From positions 223,696,001-223,760,000 of the forward strand of contig OX597814.1 of NCBI GenBank assembly GCA_951406725.2: DNA of 64,000 nucleotides. Reading direction: 5' to 3'. This stretch comes from Octopus vulgaris. Lineage: Eukaryota. The notes under the pieces are model-generated. The model saw only the letters and a list, made by a program, of their open reading frames with translations, made no database searches and was not told the origin of the DNA. A program made the position numbers and the translations under genes. Positions 24,450 to 38,697 of the stretch are shown in pieces. Position 1 is the stretch's first letter; each line of letters starts with the position of its first letter.

Positions 24450-26993
24450 AACATACTTATTTACTCTAATACAAATCTTTCATGATCTGGACACTGTTTT
24501 TGCTCTTTGAAACATCAAAGAGAAGATGTGTAGTTGTTTAAGTGATATAAGCAACGAAAACGCAGTTAGATGAGTGAAACTTGGGTAAATTGTAAATCTA
24601 TAGAAGATGATTTCTTCGCAACAGTACCTTTTTATATATGCATGGCATTTTTTTTCCGTTTCGTATATGAAGAAAGTTTAAAGAGCTGGGCGTAGAGCCA
24701 ATTAAATAATCACCTGTATATCATAGACTCTTATTTCATCAACTTCAAGAAGATGAAAAACAAAACTTACTCGAGCAGGATTTGAAACAAGAATGTAGAA
24801 GATTGAAATTGATATATTTTATGCTGTTTTTGATAGTTTACTACCGTTTTCTATGTTTCTATGTGTTTCTATACATAAGAAATTCAGTATATTTTAGCCA
24901 AGAAATGTTTTCAATGATTGCTGTTTACCACAAAAAAAAGTAATATTGTGCAATGTTTATCGTAACAAAATTATAGTCGAAATTACTCTTTATTCTCTAT
25001 AACTACCCATATTCCAGTTACCTTAATAAATTTATATGTGTTAATGTGATATTACTTGAGGTTTTTGACATAAAGTTATTTACATATCTTACATAAACCG
25101 ATTTGGACAAATAGAAAAGCTACCTGTACATATTTGAAAACTACTTACATTTCTTTCTATACTTAATTTTTCTTGTTACTGTACACTGTTATATAGTTAG
25201 TTTCCTTCATATTTATTTACTTATTCTGTTCCCTTTTGAGAGAAAAACTACCGCCCCCATCCTGATGTAGTCGATCCGATAAACACCAGATAATCACCGA
25301 TAATTAGTTTATACAACGCCGTCGTCGATGTCGATATCATCTTCGTCATTGCTGTTACTGGTTTGCTGTTGTTTCTGTTGTTGCTGTTGTCTGGCTTTAA
25401 AACAGGCCTAAAACAAAGCAGACCTGTGAAGCTTAATGTTAAATAGTGTATCTAAAACTACTGTATTCACTGTTATTTCTTTTTGAAAACAGCCGAAGCA
25501 AGTTTGGGTAGGATATCACTGCTTCTTCTAACATATCAAGTAAGCATTTTATTCTCAATCGAAGGTTCTCTTTTCTCTTCGTACTTAAAACTTTTGTGGA
25601 TAGAAAGGCGAAAGTTAAGGGACACAAAGATTCTCCACCAGAATTTTTCTTTATGCTTTATCTAAAATATAACTTTACTTGGTTTAAGCCTAGATTTCCT
25701 TCTTTCCGATGTTAATAAATGGCTCTTGTCCTGTATTTTATGCTCTAGCATTTCTCTACAACCAACATTTATTTAACTCTTCGTAATTTGAGGAATTTCG
25801 TTGATATCTCTGCACAAATCCTCATTTCTCGGATGCAGTCATGATAGTTATGTTTATGTTTTCCAGTTTCAGCTCTTGAGCTGTGGCCATGCTGGGGCAC
25901 CGCCATTGTTATATTCAAACTATTTTCAAATCTCCGTTGACTGAAACGATACACTGTTGTATAGCATCAATGTCGGATACTATTAGTTGCATTTAGTTTC
26001 CAGGCATAATTTTCATATTGTGTGTGGGTTTCCCTTAATGACTATGTAATCTACGTATATGATGACATGTCTACAATTACCAAATGTCCTTATTGGTTCT
26101 CTTTTCAATCTCTCTTTCATTTTTTCGCAAGCGAACAGACGACGACACGCACAAAGAACAATTATGTGCATATTTTGATAGTTAAGTCATTGATAGATGT
26201 AAGCCTCAAACTTTCTCCAACAGACTTAGATTTCTTGACATGATTTTGAAATATATTGAATAATTTAACGGTTTCCATAACGAAAAACGATGGCAACATA
26301 GTTCTACAACAAAAGCAATAACACAGTAACTCGTAAATTCACCAATAGCAGCGACGACAATCATAACAAACTATGACAAAATACGAAAAAAATCAATATA
26401 AAAGCGTTGGGAAATGCTCTCTTGAGGTGGCTATCTTATCATTTGAAAATCAAACATTAATACGTATTACCGACCAATTTATTTTCTCATTATTATAGCA
26501 TTTTCTCTAGAGTAATTGAAAAAAGATCGATTATATATTACATAGACAATAATAGAATGTATAAACTGTATAATGTATAAGAAAAATGAATAATAGGATA
26601 GAAGAAATATAAATGAGAATGTCCGCAGAAAATAAATTCATATGTCCGCTAATCATTCAATATGATTCTTGTGTCATTAACTGGCATATGACATTGAATG
26701 AAAACCTATTTCAAACATAATGACGTCTTAGAGCTAGTCTTTTCATAACTTGACAGACTAAGTGAAAAAATAATAACCTTATTTATTTAAAAGAAGGAAG
26801 TGTGGATTTAGTATATTTTACATCGAAAAGGAAAATAATTTACTTTTGATGTTTGATTCCCAGTATCGAGTCATTTCCTTTATATATTTCCTCTATATAT
26901 CTCGGATTTTGTCTAAATATTTCCAATTGTCTTGGAGTGTACTATGCTACTTACAAGGATGCATTTTTCTCGATCTTACGTGAATATTGTCTT

Positions 26994-27138
26994 GTGTGGC
27001 TAGAAGTTTGCTTCCCAACCACATGGTTCCGGGTTCAGTCCCACTGCGTGGCACATTGGACTAGTATCTGCTATTATATTCTCGGGCCAATCAAAGCCTT
27101 GTGAGTGGATTTGGTAGACGGAAACAGAAAGACACCTG

Positions 27139-27183
<45 letters not shown>

Positions 27184-27413
27184 TGTGTGTGTGTGTTTTT
27201 TTTTATCTGTGTATGTTTCCCATCACCGCTTGACAACTGGTGTCGGTGCATTTATAACTTAACGGTTCGGCAAAATACCGATGGAATAAGTACCAGGCTT
27301 TTAAAAAATAAGTTCTGGGGGTCGATTGTTCGACTACAATTCTTCAAGGTGGTGCCCCAGCATGGTCGCAGTCTAATGAATGAAACGAATAAACGATAAA
27401 GACAAAAGAAAAA
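26994..27413 (+). mobile_element. SINE family A, near full length
   Basis: ccaaccacatggttccgggttcagtccc head, (TG)n middle, cagcatggtcgcagtc tail. Confidence 0.9.
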
Positions 27414-28171
27414 GATGTGCGCAAATATGGACGTACGTATATAAGTTTGTTTAAATTTACGTAAATATATGCTAGTATATGTCCGCGTATTTGAATTTAC
27501 TTAGTTGAAATGATTATGTTAGATGCTGTGCGTGAATGATGCATCTGAAGACAACCAAAGAATAAGCCATCTGCAACAAGATATAAATTTTATAATGCAA
27601 AAGGAAAGTTGGTGAACTTAAAGCCTGGAGTAATTTTTAAAAATGTATAACTAATACGATAGCAGTCTCTCGCAGTCGGAGTAAGACGGTTCTGCAATTT
27701 TTTGCTGAACATCTTGCAGAAGTGATATGTTTATTGCGATCAAATCTTTGTACATTGTACATTAGGTCACTTTCTCCATCAAAGCGACGTTGCCTGAACA
27801 GGTACACGGTGTACCATGCATCAGGTGTCGAAATGAGATGACGTGTTTTGTTGAAGAACATAATGTACCACGCGGCCCATGAATTGAAGCCAGGATATCG
27901 CCATCGTGAGTGCAACACCTTTGCCTTCATTTAACGGCTAATATAATCCCAGCGTAAATATCTCCTCTTTGAACGTGTATGTGTGTGTGTGTGTGTATCT
28001 TCATATCCCTTACATTAACCGTTTAACAAAGACACTTTCATTGAATGAGCATTTTCATTGAAAGTCGAATTAGATTGTAAGATCGACTAAATCCTTGAAG
28101 ACAAAACGTCAGCATACCTACATACATTCTTATACATACATATACTTGTGCGCGCATGTGTTTGTGCGTAT

Positions 28172-28385
28172 ACGGGATGATTGGGTGATTGAGGAGTAAC
28201 ACTCTATTTGGAAATAGTTATAAATTATACATTATAATCTTTTCTTAAACTTTTTGTGTTTGATTTTTGAATTTTAAAAACCTCATGCTAAAATCTTTCC
28301 TCTTTACCTATTTTTTTGTAAAAATTACAATTAATAACTAATTTATAATTATTTTAAAATATGGAGTTACTTTTTAATCACCCTG
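28172..28385. mobile_element. Tc1/mariner-type MITE
   Basis: Imperfect TIRs gggtgattgaggagtaac / gttactttttaatcaccctg, with TA at the right end. Confidence 0.55.
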
Positions 28386-28405
28386 TATATATATATATAT
28401 ATAAA

Positions 28406-28534
28406 ATTCACACACAAGGTTTTGATCAGCCCGAGGCTATAGTTGAAAACATTTGACCAAGTTGCCACGCAGTGGGATTGAACCCGGAATCATGTAGTTG
28501 GGAAGCAAGCTACGTACCACACCGCACGCCTGCG
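28406..28534 (-). mobile_element. SINE family A, 5' half
   Basis: Reverse complement matches the head at 52134-52265. Confidence 0.85.
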
Positions 28535-30131
28535 TTTATGTATACAAATACATAGACATCCATGTTAAATACATGCAAATATGTATGTGTATGTGTGCAA
28601 GTATTTAGGATGGATGTATATATGAATATATGTGCATGTGTATATATGTATGTGGGAGGTATCTTTTTTAAACGTAGTATATTGTTTTACCGATAACATA
28701 ATTATGTTCCACAGATTTTGCGTATTTTTGTTCGTATACTCGTATCCGACTCTTTTTATTTGTTAGGGACAATAAACTTCCCAAATTTATTTTTAACAAC
28801 GTTTTCAAGCCATCGCAACCCCATCTTCAGATACGGAATTGTGACAACCTCCCTTCTTTTCCTTTCTATAATGGGTGGTTCTACTTAACGCATAATTTAA
28901 AATCAGAACCTTGCTTATGCAGATTTACAACCAGAATTTAGCTGTTAGAGCGATAGAGTTCCTCATTACTAGATTCATATTCTGCCCATTGAAATTTTAT
29001 GATGTAGAATTCTAACCTTCTAACGGCCAAATTCTGATTGTACAAACTACATAAGCAAAAGTCTTGCTGTAAACTCGGTATAAACAAATGACACACTCTA
29101 TAAAACGGGGTATAACAGAAACCAATACCACCCAATATCCTAAAGAAGGGGTTGACCTGGTTAACCTGGAAAGGTCGATAAACGAGAATTATGGGACTTT
29201 GTTCTAAACAAGGTACAATGTTTTGGTACACAGATACGAAGAAAAACAAAATAAAAACGATTAAATTAGAGGACAGTCGTGCTTTCAATGTGTGAGCGTG
29301 AGTGGGTTTCTCTCTCTTTCACTCACACTCTGTCTTCCTCTCTCTCCCTCTCTCACTCTCTGCCTTCCTCTCTCTCTCACTCACTTTGTCTTCCTCTCTC
29401 TCACTCTCACACTTACCCTCTGTTTGCTTTTTTCTCCCTCACTCACTCTTTGTGTATGTGAGTGAATCTCTCTCTCTCTCTCTCACTAACTCTCTCACCC
29501 TGTGTATGTGAGTGAGTCTCTCTCTTTACCTATTTATCTATCTCTCTCTCTCTATCTCTCTGCGTATATGTGTGTATAATTACTCCAATGTTTTCACCAT
29601 TTTAGATATTATATGACAGGCAAAATCCGTTACATCTCCGTTCACTGATCTGTTGCCGTTGCTATTGTCATATCCGAGGCTCTGGATGTAAATCTACCAG
29701 CAGACAACACAACAGTCCCTCTGAACATCTGTAGATATCTCTTAAGATTCCAGCGCTGGACAAATCCTGCGTTGATCAAGTAAACAGCAGCAAAATAATA
29801 TTGAGTTGCATATTCCCTTGAAACACAAAATGACAAAATATTAAGTAATACTCATGAAGTTATAACATTGAATCAATGCTTTGATATGCATGGGTATTAA
29901 TATGTGGCGGCGTACGATGGAAATAACAAAGTGCCTTCATGTTGCTAAATGTTACTAAGTGCGATTGCGTTGACGTACATTTGTACATACTTAGATAGAT
30001 AGATTGATAGTCCATAATCTGGAGTGAGTGCTTTATTGAAAATACTCTATCTTTGTACCCTACCAGAACCTTACATTATATATATATATATATATATACG
30101 CACACACACACATATATATATATGCATATAT

Positions 30132-30170
<39 letters not shown>

Positions 30171-30172
<2 letters not shown>

Positions 30173-30255
30173 TACAACTCACCCAACAAGAACTCACTAC
30201 TTGAACAAAACTGGATACAACTCACCCAACAAGAACTCACTACTTGAACAAAACT
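30171..30255. repeat. 43-bp perfect tandem duplication
   Basis: gatacaactcacccaacaagaactcactacttgaacaaaact occurs twice. Confidence 0.9.
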
Positions 30256-30344
30256 TGACTTAAACAGGATTCGAATAATCCTATCAGGTGGTGCTATTAA
30301 GTTAGACATGGCCTGGACCAATCTCTGGTCGAAACATATCTAAG

Positions 30345-30392
<48 letters not shown>

Positions 30393-30425
30393 TATACACA
30401 CATACATGCACGCACATACACACAT

Positions 30426-30473
<48 letters not shown>

Positions 30474-30653
30474 GAAATAGAAAATGGGACGAGAACGCAA
30501 AACATCCGGACAACTAGGTGATACAAAAAAGGACAACAAAACATCCAGATAGACGATACAAAAAAAACAAGGAAGCTTTCTATCTTCAGTCAAGAACCAG
30601 ATCATCCTCGCAATTTCGGCTGATTAATATATATATATATATATATATATATT

Positions 30654-31242
30654 ATTTAATGATTTATCAGTGGCCAGCATACTAAAAGTACCAGAATGGT
30701 CCATTCATATTAAAATTATAATAAGAGTGTTGAATGATTACAACTCTAGTCTGCTAGAAATTGACCCCAAATGGTCTATGAACCATTTAGATTATTATTC
30801 CACTACACAAGGTTGCAAGCGAGAAAATTAGACAGTGAAAATTTATAACATATTTTGGATAGTACCGTATCTATAGATTTCACGGTTTGAGTTATTAAAA
30901 TCCCTTTCCAATTGTCAGTGGCAACATACCGAACGTAAATAAATGAAAAATACATTATACATTTGGCCATAAGCGCAAATGATGTACATGCATTTCGCAT
31001 TGAAATCCAAGCGCCTTTTTCAACCATTTGCTTATTTACTCGGAATAGTTCTGCTGCAAATATGTTACAACCTTGTGTCGTGGAGTAATAATCTTAGTGG
31101 TTCATAGACCATTTGGCGTCTATTCCTAGCAGACTGGTGTTGTAATCATTTAACACTCTTATTATAATTTTAATATTAATTAACCATTATGGTATTTTTG
31201 TATGCAGGCCACTGATAAATCATTAAATGACTTTATCCTAAT

Positions 31243-31288
<46 letters not shown>

Positions 31289-31589
31289 TTCACTCCTATA
31301 ACATATTTGCTGCTGAAATATTCTGAGTAAATAAGCACATGGTTGAAATATGCGCTTGGATTTCAATTCGTGAATACGTGCGAAATGTATGTATACTTAT
31401 GGCAGTATGTATAATGTTGAAACCGTGAAATTTATAAATATGGTACTATCCAAATTATTTTATAAATCCTCGCTGTCTATTTTCCTCGCTTACAACCTTG
31501 GTGTCGTGGAGTAATAATCTAAGTGGTTCGTAGACCATTTGGGGGTCTATTTCTAGCAGACTGGTGTTGTAATCATTCAACACCCTTAT

Positions 31590-31592
<3 letters not shown>
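30654..31592. mobile_element. Long-TIR MITE (30654-31228) plus an inverted partial second copy (31298-31592), embedded in (TA)n
   Basis: 30654-30813 is the imperfect reverse complement of 31069-31228. 31298-31592 is the reverse complement of ~30720-31068. Confidence 0.75.
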
Positions 31593-31661
<69 letters not shown>

Positions 31662-32110
31662 ATTAAGGTAGCTAGCAGCAATTTAAAACCAGTAAGTAAA
31701 TAATTCACCGACGCTAAGAGTCACAAGGGTGCAATGAGCACTAGCATTACTAGAAATAGAAGTCGTAGACTCCTTAGCCACAAAAAGCACATGGTGACTT
31801 TGTAATGACAGCGGAGAAAACCCTCCCCACCATATGTATATGTACATATATATATAAATAAAAACTTGGAGAAGAGAAATAGAGAAATAACGCGTGCGTT
31901 CGGTCATATAGTAATATAATAAATAAATAAAGTATATGCACATATACATACATATATGTACATACTTACATCTACATGTACATATACAAGCATACATACA
32001 TATATATATATGAGTACAGGACACCACAAATAAACGTAGAACACAACGAGAGACGAGAACATAAAATCAAACAAGAAAACGGACTTTTTTTAAACAACGG
32101 AAAAAACAGA

Positions 32111-32156
32111 GTACAGGACAAACAATTCAAGGAAAATTCCCCTTCATCAGCTGTCC
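32111..32156 (-). ncRNA. Degenerate type I hammerhead ribozyme-like motif
   Basis: Minus strand: acag-CTGATGA-aggggaattttcctt-GAAt-tgttt-GTC-ctgt; stem I acag/ctgt, stem II agg/cct; GAAA core mutated to GAAT. Confidence 0.45.
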
Positions 32157-32469
32157 CTGGTTCGACTCAAAGTGTATACAACATACATACATAGATTTTT
32201 TCGTTATAATCAACAGGGCAGAAACGGGCATCTATTATTCACACCACTGCTGCAGGAGAAAAATAAATAGTGATATTTTGGGATCATTTAATATGTACAC
32301 TTCAGTTCAGCGTAATATTTATAATAGGAAATGAATATTGTAGGTAAGATAGATTTCCAATTATGTATGATTTACGCAGACATAAAATGCACGCATTAAA
32401 TGAATTGAAAATAGCACCATTCCGTTTGACTTCACTATTGCAACTTACGTGTATGTATTTGTGTGTATG

Positions 32470-32786
32470 GTTCTGTGTGTGTATATATGTGTGTGTGCGT
32501 GTGTGTGCGCGCACTCATATATATATGTGTATGTATGTATGTATGTATGTATGTATGTATGTATGTATGTATGTATGTATGTATGCATGCATGCATGTAT
32601 GTACGTATGTGTGTATGTATGTATGTGTGTATGTATGTATGTATGTATGTATGTATGTGTGTATGTATGTGTGTATGTATGTGTGTATGTATGTCTGCAT
32701 GCATGTATGTGTGTATGTATGTATGTATGTACTTGTATGTATGTATATATGTGTGTATGTATGTGTGTATATAAGTATGTATGTAT
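32470..32786. repeat. (TATG)n/(TG)n microsatellite
   Basis: Seen directly. Confidence 0.95.
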
Positions 32787-33109
32787 GGGATATTCCGTCA
32801 TCAGAGACAAATAGGGAAAAAATAGAGAAAAATCCTCTGTTGACGGAATATCCCATACTCGGCGATATCCTAGAAACAGCTGTAAGACTGGATTTTTTGC
32901 CAATAATAATATTGCATTCGACTTGAGATGTTTGCCTTGCCTTAATTTTTGTTGTTCCCTTTAACAATTATATATCCGCTGCATCGGAAATCTGCAATTT
33001 CTCCATAACAACCGTCTCGGGTGTAACCTTGGGGCCCAATTAATCCGTTACAGCACTTACTTAGCGTACCTATTCGTTTAGATCACCTGTGAGATAAATC
33101 CTCATACTT

Positions 33110-33150
<41 letters not shown>

Positions 33151-33300
33151 ATATTTAGGAGCCCTTAATTATATTTCTACATGAATAATATTTTTCCATA
33201 TGAATAATATTTTGTCTAATGACTAATTCGTCTTTTGTGCTGGGCCACTGGTAGTAATCTATATTATTACCCATTTGATTATATTCACACACACACACAC

Positions 33301-33348
<48 letters not shown>

Positions 33349-33507
33349 AATATATGTCGCGGTTTGAAGGTGGAGGTTGTGAACAAAGCTTACACAGGCA
33401 TTGACTGAGTTGCTTACAGCACTAACACCCCTCCGCCCCCCCCGCTTATTGAGATTAATTGGTTCACGTTCTAGATTCAGATACAGAGCATTTTATTTCC
33501 TCCATAT

Positions 33508-33543
<36 letters not shown>

Positions 33544-33664
33544 CATGCTTACATATACATATACCAGTGTGATATATTCGTTTATAATATGATTATACGC
33601 TCGCACAAGCACATGTACACACACGTAAATATGGAATATATTTATTTAATGTATTCTTGCAGAT

Positions 33665-33709
33665 TTATTATTATTAATATTATTATTATTATCATTATTA
33701 TTATCATTC

Positions 33710-33750
<41 letters not shown>

Positions 33751-33832
33751 ATTATTATCATTATCATTATCATTCTTATTATTATTATTATTATTATTAA
33801 TATTATTATTATTATCATTATTATTATCATTC

Positions 33833-33864
<32 letters not shown>

Positions 33865-34012
33865 ATTATTATCATTATCATTCTTCTTCTTATTATTATT
33901 ATTATTATTATTATTAATATTATTATCATTATTATTATCATTATCATTATCATTCTTCTTCTTATTATTATTATTATTATTATTAATATTATTATCATTA
34001 TCATTATCATTC

Positions 34013-34053
<41 letters not shown>

Positions 34054-34078
34054 ATTATTATCATTATCATTATCATTC

Positions 34079-34112
<34 letters not shown>
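33665..34112. repeat. (ATT)n microsatellite with higher-order repeat structure
   Basis: About nine cycles of AAT-(ATT)n-(ATC ATT)n-CTT-(ATT)n. Confidence 0.95.
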
Positions 34113-34113
<1 letters not shown>

Positions 34114-34429
34114 TTGAAGAACGACAAAAAATAGAGGAAATCAGATCAAATATATAAATAAAATCATTATTTATCAGGAATTATTATTATTATGTTCATT
34201 ATTTTCATTTTTATGATCATTATTTACAGTCTTATTGCCGTTGTTGTTGTTGTTGTTGTTGTTGGTCTTGTTTATATTAATATCGACTTCTGCGTTATTC
34301 TTGTTGTTATTCTCTTCTCCTTTGTTCCGTTTTTTATTGTTGCGAAGCCATGTATTGAAGATGCATTCCTTTTCCTGGTTTATAATATATAGAGGGTAAT
34401 AATATATGTCACCGGTAGAATGACTTAAC

Positions 34430-34505
34430 ATACACACACAAACACACCGATATGCATATATATATATATACACACACATATATATATATATATATACACA
34501 CATAT

Positions 34506-34548
<43 letters not shown>

Positions 34549-34697
34549 TGCATATTTATAAATATGTATAGTATACATTCAAAATCATATATGCATATGT
34601 ACGTGTATATGCACATATATGCGTGTACATAAACACAATTTTTTATATATGTGTGTGTGTGTATGTATGTATATGTATTCATGTGCCTTTATAAGTA

Positions 34698-34737
<40 letters not shown>

Positions 34738-35232
34738 TATGCATATGCACATGCTCATGTATATATATATATATATTTATATACATATAGGTATACGCAT
34801 GTTTGTGTATATGCATGAATGTACATATATATACATATATATATATTATAAAGATATATACATAATAATTATAAATATATACGTATGTACGTGGGTATGC
34901 ATATTTATACGTGTACATATGCGCATTATATGTACATATATATATATTTATGTGCCTATATATATATATACATACATATATACATATATATATATATACA
35001 TATATGCATATATAGAGAGAGAGTGAGAGACAGACAGACAGATAGATATATATATATATATACAGATATATAGATATATATAAAGAGAGATAGATAGATA
35101 TAGATATACATAAATATATACATACATATATATACTTATATATACATACACGTATGCGCATGAATGTAAGTGTGTGTGTGTGCGCGCGCTTGTGTGTGTG
35201 TGTGTGTATGTGTGTGTCTGTGTGTGTGTGTG
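34430..35232. repeat. Compound (TA)n/(CA)n/(TG)n low-complexity tract
   Basis: Seen directly. Confidence 0.9.
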
Positions 35233-35634
35233 CTTATCCTACCGCTTAATTGAATTTTAAACTAACGAATCCTTCCCTTTGCGATATATATATATAATGA
35301 AATGATAGCGAAACGAGGCCATGGATCTTTTTCTCATCATTCATTTTTGTTTTGCATGTTTTGTCTTCTTTCTGTGCTACTTTAAATATTTTATCTCTCA
35401 ATACGGCTGTCTGTATCAATTCATAAGTATTTGTATGAATATGTGATGCGTTTCTCTCTCTCTTGTATGAGTGTTTTTTGCCTTTTCTTTCTGTCTGGTG
35501 GATGAGGTCAATAGCTGCTTTTGTATACTCATGTGAATAACTATGATAAATTGTTTAATTCTTTTGTGCTGTATGAGTTTTATGTTAGCAAACGCCTACG
35601 CAAACGTACATGTATAGAAATATAAGACACTGGT

Positions 35635-35845
35635 TACAAAGTTTGGCACAAGACCAGCAATTTCGGGAGTGGGACAAATCGATTACTTCGATCCAAGTGC
35701 TCGACTGGTACTTACTTTATCGACGCCGGGAGATTAAAATGCAAAGTTGACCTCGGTGGAGTTTGAACTTAGAACGTAAAGACGGACGAAATGCTGCTAA
35801 CCATTTTGCCCTATGTGCTAACGATTCTGCCAACTCACCGCCTTA
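35635..35845 (-). mobile_element. SINE family B
   Basis: actggtacttactttatcgac...gttgacctcggtggagtttgaac...gctaacgattctgccaactcaccgcc matches 48480-48618. Confidence 0.8.
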
Positions 35846-35864
35846 TAGAAATACATTATATTGT

Positions 35865-36094
35865 GTTGTTATGAAACTCGCTCTGCAGCCACATGGCTTC
35901 GGGTTCAGTCCCTACGATTGGCCCCTTGGCCTACTGTCGTCTAATATAGATCAGGGCTGACCAATGCCTTGCGTGGGAACTTGATAGACGTTAACTGTGA
36001 GGAATGTAATTGTAGAAAGATAGATAGAAAGATAGATAGATAGATAGATAGATGTATATATGCATTTATATGTATATAGACATACGTATGTGTG

Positions 36095-36129
<35 letters not shown>

Positions 36130-36250
36130 GTGCACATATAAATCCTATGAGGTTTGTATTTCTCCCAACACTACGCGTGACTACTAGAGTTGGCTTGCTA
36201 ACGTCTATGTAACTTAAAAGATTAAGTACTGGGAAATAGTTGTACGACTA
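35865..36250 (+). mobile_element. SINE family A, old and diverged
   Basis: ccacatggcttcgggttcagtccc head and ccaatgccttgcgtggg segment. Confidence 0.65.
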
Positions 36251-37174
36251 AAACTGATATTATGAATTTTAGTTAAGAAATAGTCAAGAGCCATTTTATC
36301 ATGAGTGTTCCGTTCATCGCTTAACTAAATTTCTAAGATCATGGATACAGCTTGTAACTGATTAAGTTCTACAGATCGACGTGTGCAATCCTCAAGTGGA
36401 ATATGTGGCTAACCTTTGTATTATAGGTTCAATCTTTTAGATGGGCTTCTACATAGTTTCCGTCTACTTCACTTGGCCCACAAGTTAAGATTGATCTGAG
36501 GCTATGCAAAATGGCGTTTGCATTGTTTACAAATGAAGATGAAGTATTCATTATATAAAGTTGAATTTGTACAATCTATTAAATATCACGTTTTCCTCAA
36601 TTTCTAGATTCGTGATGCCGGTTTTTTCAAACGATTGAACTTGAGAAGCGGTGTAACAAAAATTAGGTAAAAGTGTGTCTAACCACATCAAAATCTGTTT
36701 ATCTGTAGAGATTTTATTCGTTACCAATAGAAAAATGTTAAAAATGCATCATACATTTATCTAGTCAATTTGATATTTTAATTTATTTAGACACAAAATG
36801 CATGAAATTTTCATGTATTCAATATCATATGTGTAAAACACACAAAATCAAGGCCATCATATATCGCGTCATGAGATATTGAAATACTCCTGCTCTCGAT
36901 ACTAAGCTACATTAACAGTAGCTCCCTCCCTTGCTTTTGTGTGATTAAATACATGGTACTGAATACATGAACATACCATGTAATTTTGTATGCTAATAGA
37001 GGAATACTTCATATGTACTACGTATGACAACTGAAGATACAAGTGAACAAATCTAAAGCTCTAAATATATTTCAACATATTTTCTAATATGTTTATTGTA
37101 TATAAATTGTTTTACATAGCGTTTCAAGAATCAAAATGGTAATTATTCAAGAAGGCTCTCTATTATAATAATAC

Positions 37175-37211
<37 letters not shown>

Positions 37212-37706
37212 GCAGAGATAATCACATGAACAGTAGACGAACTAAACAACTTAGAAAGAAAAACAAGGAAGTTGCTAACTAGATATGGGACACTCCACCC
37301 AAAAAGGACACAGACAGACTGTATGTACAAGAAAAAGAGGGGAAGAGGACGTATTGGATGCGAACACAGCATTAGAGCACAAGAAAACAACATAGATTGG
37401 TATGTAAAAAATGCCACAGAACCGCTATTATTAGAAGTAGGAAGGTCAGGCTTGTGTAGGATGAAAGATTGCAAAGATAAAGCACTGTACAAGAAATTGA
37501 AAACGAATGAAACTGAAAATAGGTGGATAAAGAAAAGAATGCGTGAACAATTTCATAGGGATGTTGAAGATAAGACAGACATAGAAAAAAAAGGCTGTGG
37601 GTGACTAAAAGTGATTTAAAACCAGAAACGGAGGCTCTAATTTGTGCTGCCCAAGAGCAAGCACTAAGAACAAACTACATAAAATACGGAATAAACAACA
37701 CAGCAG
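37212..37706 (+). mobile_element. R4/Dong-clade non-LTR retrotransposon fragment next to (TAA)n
   Basis: Translates as RKTRKLLTRYGTLHPK...GRGRIG...LKPETEALICAAQEQALRTNYIK, typical of the post-RT region of R4/Dong elements. (TAA)n at 37177-37210. Confidence 0.8.
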
Positions 37707-37807
37707 AATTTAAACTCAAAACGTATAGACATACAAAATGTTTAGTAGCATTTAGTATGCAGTGCTAACAATTCTGCATGATCGCCGCCTTTTGATCGGC
37801 AGTTATT

Positions 37808-37835
37808 ACACACACACACACACACACACACACGC

Positions 37836-37923
<88 letters not shown>

Positions 37924-37988
37924 GCGCGCGCACGCACGCACGCACACACGCACACACGCACACACACACATATATATATATATATATA
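37808..37988. repeat. (CA)n-(GCAC)n-(TA)n microsatellite
   Basis: Seen directly. Confidence 0.95.
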
Positions 37989-38089
37989 GCCTGCTCGCTT
38001 AGCCAGCGAGGTGGCGTCGTTCGAAGGCTAAAACAATGCGAACGCATTGTGACCAGCGATGTGTAGCAACATCTGATAGTCTGGTCGGT

Positions 38090-38134
<45 letters not shown>

Positions 38135-38653
38135 AGACTGTTTGTTTAATATTTTGTATGGTATAATTTCTTAGGTTTCTTAAAATAAGGACATCAATTA
38201 AAAAAGAAAAGTAAGGTATAATCGAATATTCCCTCTCCAAAGTATTTGTTTTCGTTATTTCTAGTTGATAATATTATTTTTAATTATGTCTGTCTTTCAG
38301 CACGATTTTTGTCGATTCAGAAGAGTTGGCAATGACATATTACATCTTCCGTAATCATAGACTAATGAAATGATAGATTTTGTGAAGCTGCAGGCTTTAC
38401 CAAATATAGAGAGCAATAGCAAAAATAGATTGATCAGTTTTTAGCATAGAGTATCTTTTATGCAGTTGGCTACGTTCTAGAAAGACGGAAAAGGATGATG
38501 TTGACGCAGAAGCTCACCGCCTCTCCGACTTTTTATATCTCCCTCACGGTCATTCTTTTCATTTACCTCAGTTCTAAAAATGCTTCCCGATCAATTCCTC
38601 TCTCTTGTTCACTTTCTCTCTCACCATCCCTCTCTCTTTCTGTCTCTCTCTTC

Positions 38654-38697
<44 letters not shown>

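Noticed and set aside
28938-29288. 116-aa minus-strand ORF
   Set aside because: No recognisable motif or splice context; a plausible chance ORF.
33589-34134. Poly-Ile ORFs
   Set aside because: Translation of an (ATT)n microsatellite.
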